Under the pieces are notes generated by a model. The model did no database searches, was not told the origin of the DNA, and was given only the letters and a program-made list of their open reading frames with translations. A stretch of 64,000 nucleotides of DNA from the human T2T-CHM13v2.0 reference genome, Homo sapiens. A program made the position numbers and the translations under genes. The first letter of the stretch is position 1; each line of letters starts with the position of its first letter. Shown piece after piece: positions 44,891 through 58,779 of the stretch. The DNA lies in NCBI RefSeq assembly GCF_009914755.1, contig NC_060926.1; one strand, given 5' to 3'.

Positions 44891-46520
44891 ACAGGAGAGC
44901 TACATCTTCTTGGTGAATTAATTCTTTTTGTTATTATGTAATTTCCCTCTTTGCCTATAGTAACTTTCTTTGCTCTGAAGTCTGCTTTTTCTGATGTTAA
45001 CATAGCCACTTGTGCTTCCTTCTGACTAATGTTTACACGTTATATCTTTTTCCATCAATTTGCTGTCAGTCTACCTATATCATTGAATTTGAAGTGAGTT
45101 TCTTGTAAACAACACATAGCTGGGTCATGTTTTGTAATACACTCTGCCAATCTCTGCATTTTAATGGATGCATTTAGAACATTTACATTTAAGATAATTA
45201 TTGATATATTAGGACTAAGTCTGATATTTTATTATTATTTGTTCTCTGATTGATCCTTTTGTTTATTACACTTTTGTTTCTTTTTTCTTGCCTTCCTGTG
45301 GTTTACTTGGACATTTTTTGATGTTTCATTTTGATTTAATTGTGATTTTTTTTTTCGGCATATCATGTTATGTTGTTTCCTTAGTGCTTATTATGTTTGG
45401 AAACTCTGTAGATGGACAGCCTTCCATGATGGGGAGGAAGCTGCAGGGCCTGGGTCTCCTTATGCCACTGGATGGAGTCTGGGGAGACACAGGGCTTCAC
45501 AGTGGCTGCTTCTGTGGGTGAATTAGGCCATGTGCTGTGTCTAAGTTGTGGACTGGGGGCCAGGACTGTCCAGGGCTTTGCTGCTGCTACTATTGCTGCT
45601 GATGCCACTGCTGGCAGATCAATCTCTCTGCAAGGACCCTGGGTTGTACAAAACAGGGGCTAGAGCTTCCTACTGGGTCTCTGTTGGGGCTCCCCTTTCC
45701 TGAACTTTGGCCAAAGACAACAGGATATTCTTGGGGGTTTTGTTGTTGTTTTGTTGTCATTTTTTCTGTGCCTGTTGGTGATTCCAGCACAGCCCAGCGT
45801 ATATGGGAGACAAAAAGAAAACTTAGAAAACTTACCATGTTGCTGTTACTCAAGTCCTGAGGTTTCTTGCAAGTACACCTTTTCTTCTAGCTTTCAGAGC
45901 CCTTTATCATTGTCTGCTGAATAGTTTCCAAGGTACTTAGTTGTATTTAGAGGAGCAGAGCAGGGAAAAATGAGTTTAACCATCTTGTTCCAGAACTGGA
46001 AGTCGGCAGAGCCTGTTTTAAAAATAATGTTTAAAACAAATTTTATTTCGTGGGTGATTTTCCAGAAAGCAGAAAAAGTACTATCGATGGCACTTCCTAT
46101 AATAAAAACTACACCCTATGCTTTCTTGGAAGGAATCAATTGCATTATTCAACAGTCGTCTTCCTCTGAACCTGCTCTGCATTTAGTCAACAGGATATTG
46201 AATTCCTTTTAAAAATCTAAACAGATTATCACTTCTTTCCTGAACCAAAAGTTGATTAGTAATGTAAATACTTGTCTGTAACACAGAAAACTGTGTTTTC
46301 TTTGAGCTCTTCCTATTCCGTATCCCTTGTCTTGAATGAGGAGTTTTTCCTTTGGCACCAAAAGGTTACAACTACATTTATCTACAAATAAACTACCATA
46401 GAAGAACTGGAACTTTCCTAATTATCAATGTTTAGCTGCACTAATAAAGCTTTCTTATATCTGTGTTCTCCTTGTTTCTTGTCTTGGACCCTTGCCTGAC
46501 ACAGATAGGATGGGCTTTCA

Positions 46521-46849
46521 GCCCAGTGACTCACGGGAAACTACTACATTAAAAACTTGGAGCTAATGTTTTAAATTAACCAGAAAAAAACACAAAAGGC
46601 AGAACACTGCACCAATGGATAGAGCCCTGGCCCTTTATAACAGAAAAAAAAATACTGCCTTCTATACACTTTCCTTCACCACGAAGATAATCCTCTGGTT
46701 TTCTCTTAAGTAACCAGAGAGTGGACCCTCCCACAAAAAACAAGTTCAATTTGTTAAATATCTTTTGTCTTAAAGATATAGCTCAGGAAAAAGTAGACTG
46801 CACTTAACATGATTTATGTCATTCTTTTTTTGTGTGCCTTATATGATAT
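46521..46849 (+). repeat. Probable donor of the 43652-43983 copy
   Basis: Embedded in non-repeat AT-rich flanks with no visible junction. Confidence 0.9.
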
Positions 46850-47864
46850 CTCATGACTTGGAAAACTCCTATAAATATGTAAAATATTAGAATGTATAGC
46901 AAAAAATTGTCAGTTTACGTTATTTTTGGCTTATCTCAGTACAAAGATTAATGTGGTAAAATTGAATATTTATATCCTTAAGATAAAATTGAATGTTCCA
47001 ATGTGAAGTAACATATTTTCAACTACATTTTTTTTTTCTGAAATCCCTTTATCACCACAAACTCTATCTTTAAAAAAAAAAAAAAGTTCACAACATATAC
47101 CATTTTCTGGCTCTACATGAAAAGTTTATTGTTTGTGTGCAGGGTTAAAGAGAAGCCAATAAGTTAACATGTTATATTTGACATGGGAGCTGTTCACTCC
47201 AAATTTTAAGAAAAGCCAGAAAAATCACGTACAGGCAACCAACCAGAGCGTTAAAATGGCCTTTTGTTAATTGTTAAAAATCTGTATAGAAGTACATTTT
47301 TTTTTAATTTGTAAAAGTGGAAGCAATTTGAGTCACTTTAATTTACAGCATGAATGGAAGATTCTCGGAGTCATCTATAACCTCAGCAGAAAATGTGATT
47401 ATAAAAGTTTATAAAAACCCCAGTTCCCCAGAGAGCTATGAAATGAGCAGAGTGCAGAACATATTCTATCAGTCTCTTGAAATATTATTTGCCCTCTTAA
47501 CTGATAAGGCAATGGAGGAAGAAAGTAAGAATGTAATACAAATATGAAAAAGTGACTACCTTTGCCTGCCTTCAACAAACCTAACTTTAAATAAAATAAG
47601 AATAATGAACAAATCAGCTAAAAAAGAAAACAGCTTTTCCCCTAGTTTCTTTTGAAGTGAATCTCCCTTTACTTTTTTTAAATTTCTTGGAATCCTACAA
47701 ATTAAGGCTTCCTTGGAAATGAATGAATTTTTTAGAATTTCAAGACTCAAAAGATAAACAAAGAAGTCTGTTTTTCTTCTCTCACCCACCCCAACCCTGT
47801 GAATAACCCCAGGTTACAGCCTGGGTTTCCCTCTGTTCTTTATGTCTATCAGGGGTTTTAGAGC

Positions 47865-47943
47865 TGGGGAGGTCAGTGGGGGAAGGATGGGGAAGAGGGG
47901 GAGGTGGGGAAAGGAGGGAGAAGGGGAGAATAAGTGGGGTGGG
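47865..47943 (+). repeat. G/purine-rich tract with G-quadruplex potential
   Basis: At least 8 runs of three or more G separated by short purine-rich linkers. Confidence 0.6.
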
Positions 47944-50569
47944 CTCATCTCAGAGTGAACCTCGGCTGTAGCTGGGTACAGGATGTCACACGCATGCCTG
48001 CACACACAAAATGTACACAGTGAAACCGGGCAATAGAACTATTAAAAAAAAAAAAAAGAAAGAAAGAAAGAAAGAAAATGTACTGCTACATCAGCTAAAA
48101 ACAGTCGTGTTCTTTCCTGGTTTGATGTCAGCTCCCAGTACTGGCTTGGAATTGCCCACAGCGATCTTGGGCCCCTGCCCACTCAGCAGGCAGACGGCTT
48201 TCCCTGCCAGCAACAGGCTTTTAATAAAACAGGATGCTGTCCCACTACTAAGGCCCAGCCTGAGAATGGATCCCAGTCCGTGTGAACTCCCTCTCCAAGA
48301 AACAGCAGTTCTGTGTTCCTTATCAGGAAACCCCACTTTGGCGTTCCTGGCCTGGGAGAAAGGCCCCTCTCCCAGGGACTTGCTCAGCAAGTGTTTGCAG
48401 GCAGCCGCTGGCCCCTGGAGCTGTCTGCTCTGCAAGGTTCTCACCACAGTGAGCTTGCTCCCGCAGGGACTTCTCATTCTGTGCGTGTGTTTCAGCTTTT
48501 AGGAAGGCTCTGTCTGACTTTGATAGTCAAGCAGGATGGGATTTAAAATAAGGAGCTGGCTTCTACAGGCAGGATGAGGACATTTCGCCCCTATCTTCCT
48601 GCAGCAAACCCCAGTGAGTCACGCCAGGACTGCACTTGAACTGACTTCTCATCTTAAGTGTGAAGAGTTTTATCATTTTGGGGAGGCTCACCCGTCTATT
48701 TGTTTACTTCTCATTTGGAATGAAATGGAGTATGTTCCATTTGGAGCAGCAATTTCTAATTTTTTTCCAGCTGCAGTTTGACAAAAGTCCAAACTAAGGA
48801 GTAAGATTCCACGGCACCTTCCAAACCCTGGAGCTCCATGGCTGCAGAGCCCAGGACCACCTTTCCTTGGCTGTATACCACCCTCTTGTCCTAGGGTAGA
48901 AGAACTGTGATTCTGAAAGTTGTCCCAGAGTATTAGCCCCAGCCCCACAGGCACCAGCAGGATCCCTTTCGTGCCACACTGTCCTGTACAGAGGTGGCCG
49001 AGTATAGCATGACATCACAGACTGGGAGACACACATGCTGTCAGGAAGTGGACTTAGATGACATCCTATGACAGTGAATTCCAATGGGAAAGAGAAGTCA
49101 TTGTTGTTGATAGAGAAGGCTGGACAACCTGGATTCTACCCCCAAATCTGCCCTGACTTCCTGTGTGGCCTTAGACAGCTTGATAGATGTGTGACTCAGT
49201 TTCCCCATTTTGTAAAACACAGAGCAGATTGTTAAAGGACGGGCAAATAACTAGCTCATATGCTGTCACTCCCCCTTCCCTCATCCACTCAGACATTGGG
49301 AATCACTCCCAGCACTTTTCTTCCTGTGTCCAGATGTGACAACCCAGTCAGCCACAACCAAACGATCAGAGACAGCCCTGGGAGCAAAGGCTTGTGATGG
49401 TTTCTAAGGCTTCTTCCAACTCTGACCATCCATAAGTCCCAGTCTAAGCCCAATACATTTCTGTTTACTTTGAAGTTCTGGGGAGGAAATTGGAGGAATT
49501 GGTGTTACAGGTGGTGTTTTCATTCCTTCTCTCACTGGAAGGTTGTGAGTTTGGAAAAGAAAAGGAGAAAGAGGAAGTACATGGAGGGAACATCTGGGCA
49601 TGTAGATGGTGTCACAGTGGAGAATTTTGTCTCCTGGACTGCAGCCCAGATCCACCTCAGAACAGCGGGGGCCTGGCAGGAAGCAGGAAGTGCTGGCCCA
49701 AAGCTGGGAAGAGCAGAGCATGCTGCAGGAGGCCAGCCCATGAGACCAGAAAAAGTGCAATTGGTAACTTCAGAGGGAGGAGTGAAAAGAGCCCAAGTAA
49801 ATCTATAAAGCCAGGGAAGATAGAGCACAGCACAGGAATATGAGCTAGGACTCTTGAAAGCAGAAGGAACGACCCTTGCTGACTCAAGCAGGGAGGGGAA
49901 TGAATTGGAAGCTATGAAGGAGCTTGTGAGGTCAACAGGGGTGCTGGATTCTGAGCTGGAGAACCAGGTTCAACTGGGACAAGAGCGCTCCACCATCAAG
50001 CGCCTCTACAGGGAACAAACAGCCTGCTGTCCCTCCCCCTGGGACCACTCAGCTCAGCTCAGCTCAGGACCACCCTGGGGCAAGGGAGGAGACACTGTGG
50101 ACAACTTTCCACTTCCACGCAGGGGGAAAAGCACCTGGATTTACCATGAAGACGGCGCCCAGTGAGAGAGTAGTGCCACAAAAGGACATCGAATTGGGGA
50201 AAGAAGAGGCAGTGGATTCCAGGCTGCTGAAAAAGCAATGCCCGGCACTGTGTATAACACAGAGGTGTCACACACAACCACAGCAAGTGACCAGACCAGG
50301 TCAAGAGTCAGAGAAGTTAGCAAGCAAACATTAAATCCAATCCAGCAGGCCTGTGGGACAAAGTTAGGAGTAACTCCAAGGTCATTTGCCAGGTGTGGAA
50401 ACCCATCTGGGAGGCTCAGTGGGGTCAGAGGGTAAAGACAAGGCCGATTAATTACCAGCTCTCAGGAGCGAGCTGAGTGGAGCATGTGGAGGAGTGCAGA
50501 GGATGTCGCAGGCAAGAGTCAAGGTCAGGAATGTTCAGACCGAGATGAATGAGGGAATAAAAGCAGGCA

Positions 50570-51085
50570 CCTGTGCACAGGGCTCGGGGTTACCCATCTC
50601 AATTCTGGTGGGGTCTCCCTTGCTAGAAAAGAGCTGCATTGAAAGGCCCAGCTGCCCCTTAGCTACAGAGTGGAGGAAGTGTCCAGTTTGTGTCAGCAAT
50701 ATCACTCGCAGTCAGGAAGGCTCATGTGCTCTCTTCTCTGGGAAAGCAAGTCTTCCAAATTCAGTTTGGCAGAGCACCAGTTTGCTGAGATAGGAGCCAA
50801 ACCTAAGCGCTGGGGTCCTGCTCCCCACCATGGCTATGCCAAGCTGGAGGCTGCTGCTGCGCCACCTCCTCCTTCCACACAGAGCGTCAGAGGAACCAGA
50901 TGGACACAACTGAGTCCTGAGGACATTACCAGGGCTGTGAACCCAGCTGTGCCGAAAGCCAGGTCTACCTTTGGATGTTGCTTGATGGTAATTCCTAGGG
51001 GAAACTTCTCTGAGCAACAGATTCTCTTTTCGTGTTTAAGCCAGTTTGAGGTAGTTTTCTGTCACTTATAACCACAAAGTGTGTC
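50570..51085 (+). mobile_element. Old MaLR LTR (MLT1K/L-like)
   Basis: cccagctgtgccgaaagccag and tttaagccagtttgaggtagttttctgtcacttataacc 3' end. Confidence 0.65.
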
Positions 51086-51099
51086 AGGAATAGGTAGAT

Positions 51100-51270
51100 A
51101 ATAATATTAATACTAACCACAACTAAGCACTATTTCCTTCAATCCTCATAACAACTCCAGGAGGTAAATTCTGTTATCATACACAATTATATCAAATTGA
51201 AGAAACTGAGGCTAATGTCCTAGTGCCACACAATATTAACCTGGAGGGCTGGGGCTAGGGAGTCTGAACA
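51100..51270. mobile_element. MIR
   Basis: ttcaatcctcataacaactccaggaggta...gaagaaactgaggct. Confidence 0.7.
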
Positions 51271-52733
51271 CACACAGATCCCAAGTGAGAAAAGAGATTA
51301 GGAGAAAACCCCAAATTCTGCATATGTATCGTCAATAATCCTGAATAAGCCCAGTGAGGACCAAAAAGAGGAAATAGTTAGAAAAATCCAGTGTGGGCCA
51401 CACAGGGTACCACTGGTGATCTCAGACTTTCAGAAAGGCATACCCAGAAGATAAGAAGTTGACATGGAGTCAATACCGGGGTTGGGGGGGCCTGAACCTG
51501 TGAGAACCACACTGGGAAACCAAAAGCCCACACCAAGCAGAGGCTGAAAATAGGCCCGTGATCTCAGAAGGGTTTTCAAAGCTATTTGAAGAGTGGGACA
51601 AGAAAGGGATTACACAGGAAAGATGCTAAAATGTAGAAACTTGAGAAAAAAAAAAAAAAGGAGGCAGAGCCAAGTAATTTCAACTTCACGTCTCTCTCTT
51701 CTAGTTAGAAAGATGCTCTTCCAAAAGGTGGACCCCTGGCCTGGTGAGAAGACAGCAAGGTGGTGCTTGGATGCCCTACACAAGTTTAACAATGAAAACT
51801 CTTCGATGACCTGGCAGCAACACAGAAACTCAACACAGGGAAGCCCTCTCCTGGGCAAACGGTCCATTTCTAACATTTATAAAAATGGTCAATTGTCGAT
51901 GGCAATCCCTGAGGGAATATTCTAGAACTACTGACCATCTAGATTGAAAATATTTCAGAAAAAACATAGGGTACAACATGGGTTCAGTACCCCCCAAACA
52001 ACCATAAATCTTTCATGATGGGGTGATTAATGCTGACCAGGTGACTCTGGTAAGTACTGTATACCAAAAATAACCTCAGCAAGCAGCTGACAGTTTTTCA
52101 GGATAGTCTTGTTTTTGAAACGGAGGAATATGGACCAGATGAAAATAAGATAAGAGGGATTCCTAGCAAATTGTAAAATGATGCCCAAATGAAATGATGA
52201 ACTTTGAAGTCTTATGAAGGGGGACAGTGCCAGGGGTCATATTCCTTCCACTGGCCCAGCCTTAACAGTGTCCTTGAAGGTGAACTTGGAGATGTCCTTT
52301 CAGACGCTACTGATGGGGCAGGAATCAGAGCAGTGGGGGGTTGTGGTCAGGATTGAGTGAGCTGGGTGTGTGACATACATACCATTGTTAGGCTGTTGCT
52401 CTGGTACTGGCCACCTCTACGCTGCCTGGTGCCCTGTCTTTGGGGGCACAAGACTTGGATCCCCATCTCATCTCCCCATTATAGTTTTGCAATATTCGTC
52501 AAATCACTCCACCATTCTGGGATTCAGTTTCCTCATCTGTAGATTTGAAAAAAGATGCCAAAGGCACTTGTGTCTACTGTGTGGGTAACCAGAAGCTGAG
52601 AAGGACAATGAATGCAATAAATAACCAAATCATGAATGATTCAAATTCATTTCAATAGGACCGAATATGAGGTCAAACCAACAACACCCAGAAGAATTTA
52701 GTTGGAATATATGTCAAGAAAAACACAGTATTA

Positions 52734-53075
<342 letters not shown>

Positions 53076-53099
53076 ATGCAATCTTAAAGAACATGCCAG

Positions 53100-54860
53100 G
53101 CAGGGCCATGGCTATCTTGACTTGACAGCTGCCTACGTGAAAACAAGATTTGGGAATAACCCAGATGTCCAACAACAGCATGTGAAAGCGCTTAAAAACC
53201 AAAGTGACCTGGGAAGTAGCAGATAGCTCTGAAAGCTGAGAATTAGGGGTCAGTTTGAATATTTTCACACCTGGAAATATAAAAGAAAATTATGCTACAA
53301 GATGAAACAGCAGACGGTAAATACTGCCTACTCGGTAGATAAAGTTATGTAGAAGTGTTAGATGCAAATTTAGAGTGATTGGCAGTCTTAGGGAGAGATA
53401 CTTTCTCTAAAAGTTGTACCCTCACCCCCAGAATAAAAAAAAAAAACAACGAGATTTTAGTTGCCATGGGTTTAATGTCAGTCAATAATATGAGTACTAA
53501 AAGTCAATGTGGCTTTATTTTGTCTCGGTGGAAGTGTAATGTCTCTGCTGGTATGTTCCCCACAGGGCTCATGCCGGTACCAGGTGTGGCAGATCTGGTA
53601 CCTGGATAAGGATATAGGAGCTCATCCAGGTAACAGGTGTGTTAGAACAGGAAAGGAGTGTAGCCATCCCACACAAGCTTGTTCCAGTACATCTGGACTG
53701 CATTTTTTTTTTTTTTTTGAGTCAGGGTCTTGCTCTGTCACCGAGGCTGGAGTGCAGGGGTGCAATCATGGCTCACTGCAGCCTCAACTTCCTAGGCCCC
53801 AGCAATCCTCCCACTTTATCCTCCTGAGTAGCTAAGAACACAGGCATGTGCCACCACTCCCAGCTAATTTTTGTATTTTTGATAGAGACACAGTTTTGCC
53901 ATGTTGCTCAGGCTGGTTCTTGAACTCCTGGACTCAGGCCTTCCAAAGTGCTGGGATTACAGGTGTGAGTCACCACACCCAGCCTGGACTGACTTTTTCA
54001 GAAGGAAACTAATGATAACATCCAGATAGATTAATTAATTCAATGCCAAAAATGAACCCACTGCACAATTAAAATAAAATAGTAGAACTGAACATTTATC
54101 TATACTTGATAGGAATGAAAACTTTCTAAGCATAAAAATAATGGGAATAGTCACACAGTAAAATACTGATAGGCATACAAGATTTAAAACTTTCTAGTCC
54201 TAAATGACCATAACAACATTAAAAGGCAAGAAGAAAACTGGGGAATTTACCTGACAGATAGTGAACTAATAATATACATGTGTGTATACATAGGACAAGG
54301 CTAACAGAAAAATGGGCAAAAGCCATCAACAGGCATTTTGTAGGAAAACAAATGCAAATGGTCTATAAGAAATGGAAAGATGCTCAAACTCAAAAGCAAC
54401 GAAATAAATGCAAATAAAAACAGTAAGCTAACATTTCTCTTTCAAGATGAATAAGAAAATCATGTATGCAAGGGTCCAAGTATATGAGCAACAGTGCAGG
54501 GGAGCACAGATTACATGCACTGGGCTTGACTGTCCATGCTGGTCTCACTAGCTAGTTGTCTTTGGGTAGTTTATTTATCCTTCCACACCATCATGTCCCT
54601 TGTCCATTAACTGAAGATTATCATAACTCTGGTCTCACAGTGCTATTAGGAGGATTGGCTGAGATTACTCTAACCCAGTGGTGACACTTAGAAAAATTGT
54701 TTTTTCTAGTTAGAAGCAAGCAATCAGGGAATACTTAAATAAATCATGATATATTTGTTAGATGAAATATTACACAGACATCAAGCATATTGTTAAATGC
54801 ATATTGTTGAAGGCCATTTCCTAATAAAAAATGTGATAGATGTCATGGTCCCAATATTGT
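53100..54860 (+). mobile_element. Old L1ME fragments with Alu and MIR insertions
   Basis: agaaaaatgggcaaaag, atgcaaatggtctataagaaatggaaagatgctcaaactca. Confidence 0.65.
53702..53984 (-). mobile_element. AluJ
   Basis: Poly-T, caatcatggctcactgcagcc; TSD-like tggactg on both sides. Confidence 0.92.
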
Positions 54861-55452
54861 TATGAAAAATTCCACACACACTTTTTTTATATACAGAAAA
54901 ACATGGCTAAAATGTTGGTTTCTTTCTAGTGGTTTTGTCTGGTGATGGGATTATAGGTGATTTTTTTTTTTTTAAGAAAAACAAAATATGTAAGGACAAA
55001 AGAATTTGGAAAATGGTATGGATACCGTACAAAGCCAAAACAAAGCAAAAAATCCTCCAACGGGTCCTGAGAATGGCATTTGACTTGTTTTGATTGCTAG
55101 AAACTTTGTAATGTCTGACACAGTTGGAGGAAATAGCTATGTGTGGCCTAGAAGAGATAAGCTTTTTCGGGGGCTGTGACACCTATCTGTATATATTTGA
55201 TGGATGTCATATCAGGACATGTCCCAATTTTGTTTTCTGAAACAGCACATCACCTGCCTCTCAATGGCAAGACCCTCTAGGGAAAAAAAGACTAGTGAGT
55301 CCTACGGAACTTGGAGCCACAATCAGGCCTTCGGGGAGACTCTCACAGCTACTGGTGGGCATCTTCATCCACCAGGAGAGCAGCAAGAACCTATCTATTC
55401 TAGGGGTCCCATGGAAACGTCTCCTGCTCTGCACAGAGCTTGGGTTTGATAA

Positions 55453-55586
55453 CTTCCTTCCCTCTCTTCTTCCCTCCCTCTCTCGCTTTCCTTCCTTCCT
55501 TCCTTCCTTCCTTCCTTCCTTCCTTCCTTCCTTCCTCCCTCCCTCCCTCCCTTCCTTCGTTCCCTCCTTCCTTTCTCTTCCTCTTT
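55453..55586. repeat. (TTCC)n/(TCCC)n polypyrimidine tract
   Basis: ttccttccttcc...ctccctccc. Confidence 0.95.
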
Positions 55587-56064
55587 AAGATGGGAACCTG
55601 TGAAATGATGGGGCAAAGAGGAGAAGCCAGTGTAATCATCAGCAGACTCAACAGTATGGAAGGGAGTTTGACACCATCCCCAGGAATGTTCTGCTTTAAC
55701 TAAAAAAAAACCATTGGATCCACTTCTGAGATCTGCCACCTTGCCATTCCATGACACCTTGTAGCAGGACAAAATTCACCCAGAAGTTGCTTTATCACAG
55801 TTCAGTAGATTTAACACATTGCTCGAGGGACTAGCTCTGTGAACAGTCATCCCCATGGCCTCAGGCATCTTATGGAGGTGCCTCCCACCTTCTTAGTTGC
55901 TCTTCCTGCCTGTCTTTCACCTGCCATTTTTTCTGTGCTGGGTCACACCTGCAGCTACAGAGGGGGAGGTCTTTCTGTCCTGCAACACTGGGATCAGAAC
56001 CTTTTTACCTGGTTGAACAAGTAAGCGGTGAGTTGCTGAATGCAAGTGCCAGATATTCTTGTAT

Positions 56065-56240
56065 TATTACGGTTAATCCTCACAACAGCCCTGTGCAGAA
56101 GGTTCTTTCAATATCCTCGTATGAGACTCAGAGAAGTTGTCACTTGAACAGGGTTGTAGGTTCAGCAAGGGTAGCACTGCAACTTGTACCTCTGAAGGCG
56201 TAGAAGGTCCAGAGCAGAGCAGTCTTGGACCCAGGCACGT
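56065..56240. mobile_element. MIR
   Basis: ttaatcctcacaacagccctgtg...tgagactcagagaagtt. Confidence 0.65.
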
Positions 56241-58050
56241 GGAGGGGGACACCTGCGGTTCCCACCATCCAGGATCCAATCCCCTTTCTCCTGGCCCAGA
56301 ATGCTCCCATGCCTAGCCCGACACTGTGTAGATGGAGCTGCCAGATCCAGAGATGGACAAGTGGCCCAGAACCACTAACCAGCCCACTCCACATCTGAGT
56401 CACAATGACCAGCCCAGGATGAGCAGCTGGTCTCATCATTGCCACTCCCAAGACACCTGCCACCTGGGCTGCTGAGAGGACAGGCTGTGCACCAAACTGC
56501 TGGCAGCCACTTCCCAGCCCCATGTCTAATGAGTTTAATGATGCCATTAAACTCAGCTGGTCTTGAGCTTTTCAGAAGTAAACCAATATCTTTCTTTCTT
56601 AAGCTACTCTGAGGTAGGCATTTCCCCTCACAGCCCAACTGTCTGGACTTTTATACAGATAGGGCCAGCAGTGTGACCAGTCGTCATCAAACCATGCAGG
56701 TCTGCCTGCGAGGGAATGGGCAGTGTGGTGTGGAGGAAGGTTTAAGAGGTTATTTGAATGGGAAGTTGCTGGCAACTCTTAGGTATTCTGGAGGTGTTAA
56801 TTGATGGTGAAGCATTTATGACCAGGACACATTTCACAGCTCTGGGCCACCTAATGTTACTTCTCCTCAAAGCAGGTTTGAAATAAAACCCAACCATTGG
56901 CCTTTCTCACCCCACTGCAATTAAATACAAACACCCACAGACACTGGGCCCTCTCAGGCCCGGATTGCGGCTGCCAGGGACACAAGTGCACGGTGGCTGT
57001 GTGCTGTGTCACAGCACCACCACACTTGAATTTCCAGCCTCAGAGCCTGTCTTTTGGATCAGCGAGAAGTTGTGGGTGACAGCCTCGTGCCAAGCTCTTG
57101 GTGGGCTCAGCTTGGCTCTCTGCTTCTTGGCTTTTACAGCAGGACCCCAGAGTGGAGAACAGGCTCATTCTGGTTTCATGGAGCATGCTCCCTGCTGTCA
57201 CCATGAAGAAGGTGGCATCTTGGCTCTCAGGGGCCTGGCCAACTGCCCGCAGACATTACCAGTGAGTTGCCTTGTCCCTGGGCACAGGCACTGGAGGCTG
57301 CCCTGGCCACTCAGGAAGGGTTTTCATCTCCCCTCTTGGCCCTCCCTCTGGATTCTAACGTGAGGCAGGCAGTCAGGCAGTCCTAGCAGAGGGCCGGTCC
57401 TGTCCTCCCTGCGGGGGCCTGGGCTGTCACACAGGCAGTGGTGGTTATTCTTACAAACGGCTAAGCAGACTTTTTTAGAAAAGTGAGCTATTAATAGCAA
57501 AGTGCTGAGTGAGAGGCTTGGAGCTACTCCCGTGCATGAACTTGTGTGAGCATGTGTTCACGAGTGTGTGTAAGTCTGGGGGAGCGCGTGCACAGGTGTG
57601 CACATGAACACACGGACACCAGGCAGACAGACGCATCCCCTTGCAGTTGTTCACATGCACTCCTAGTCTCCTGGTCTGCCTGGAATCCCATTCTGGAACT
57701 GGCCTGCCCCTCTGACTTTTGGGACAAGAAAAGGCCGGGAGAAAGTGGCTGCCTGCCACGCAAGACCAGACATCTGGGTGCCCAGTGTAGTAAGCGCGCT
57801 GCTTCCTGGGGCAGAGATGCTGCCCAGCGAGATGTGTGTGGATCCGTTGGTAGGCATGGAGACAGTTGCTTCCTTTGCCTGTGATGCTGTGGACCCTGAG
57901 AGGCCCAGCCTGGACATTGCTTTTTGTGCTTTCTTCCCTGGCTTGGGAGGAAAGGACCCTGTTGGCTAATGCATGGCAGAAAGCACAGCTTACAGATTTT
58001 CTAGTTATGCCCAAGATGAAAGAGGACTTTCTGAAAAGAAGGAAAAAGAT

Positions 58051-58097
58051 GGAGAGAGAGAGAGAATGAAAGCGAGAGAGAGAGAGAAAGAGAGAGA
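58051..58097. repeat. (GA)n-rich microsatellite
   Basis: gagagagagagaatgaaagcgagagagagagagaaagagagaga. Confidence 0.9.
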
Positions 58098-58779
58098 TTA
58101 AGGGTTGGGGGAACTGGAAGGAGCCCTGAGTAATGTATGGAAAGTAAAAGCACAGAACACTCAGCTCAAGCAATTGTTTTTCTCCTGGAGGCTAAAATTC
58201 ATGGGCAGGTAGCCAACAGCCACATTAGGATACGAAATATAATCTGTTTATAATAAGTTTGCAAAATACCGCTCGTTGGCACAGTGAATGTGCAGGACCC
58301 CCTAAACTGCCGTGACACTAGCCTTGGCCTGCTGTCTGAGGCAAACACACCGGAGCTAGTAGGTCACTGCTGGTAAAGCCTAAGTCCCCTGGTTGCCTCC
58401 TTTCTCAATCATCTATTTCCCTCTGGGGCAGATAAGCACATTCCCAAAAATGACAGCTGGAGTGTCCAAGAGCCAGTGGAAGCCCCTTTTCCCTCCCTTG
58501 CTGGAGCTACCATCGCTACCGTTGCAGAGACTTGAAATGACCTCTCCAGGTCGGAAGGCACTCCAGAGATCACTCGACCCCACTGATGCAGGAAGTTGGG
58601 TGTCTGCAAAAATCCTCCTGCAAGGCCCTGGCCTCTGCCAGATCACTCCCACTTCTGGGCAGGGTGCCAGCCTGGGCAGCTCTGGGCTGCCTGGCCCTAA
58701 AACACATTGTTGTCTTTCCACTCTCTGCACTTTGTATGTCTGTAGTGCCTGCCATTTTTCAAAACAATAGCGAATAAAA

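Larger units (their letters stand above)
41765..46005 (-). mobile_element. L1M (MC/MD-like), RT region to 5' end, interrupted by a MER21-type LTR
   Basis: cttattgcagtggctagaacttctagtact (RT region), gttgaggaagtctccctctattcctag, 5' terminus ccatcttgttccagaactggaagtc. Confidence 0.85.

Noticed and set aside
55395-55772. ORFs with EGRK or PSFL repeats
   Set aside because: Translations of the (TTCC)n microsatellite
57475-58173. 232-aa minus-strand ORF
   Set aside because: Non-ATG start, passes through GA and CA low-complexity sequence, no domain
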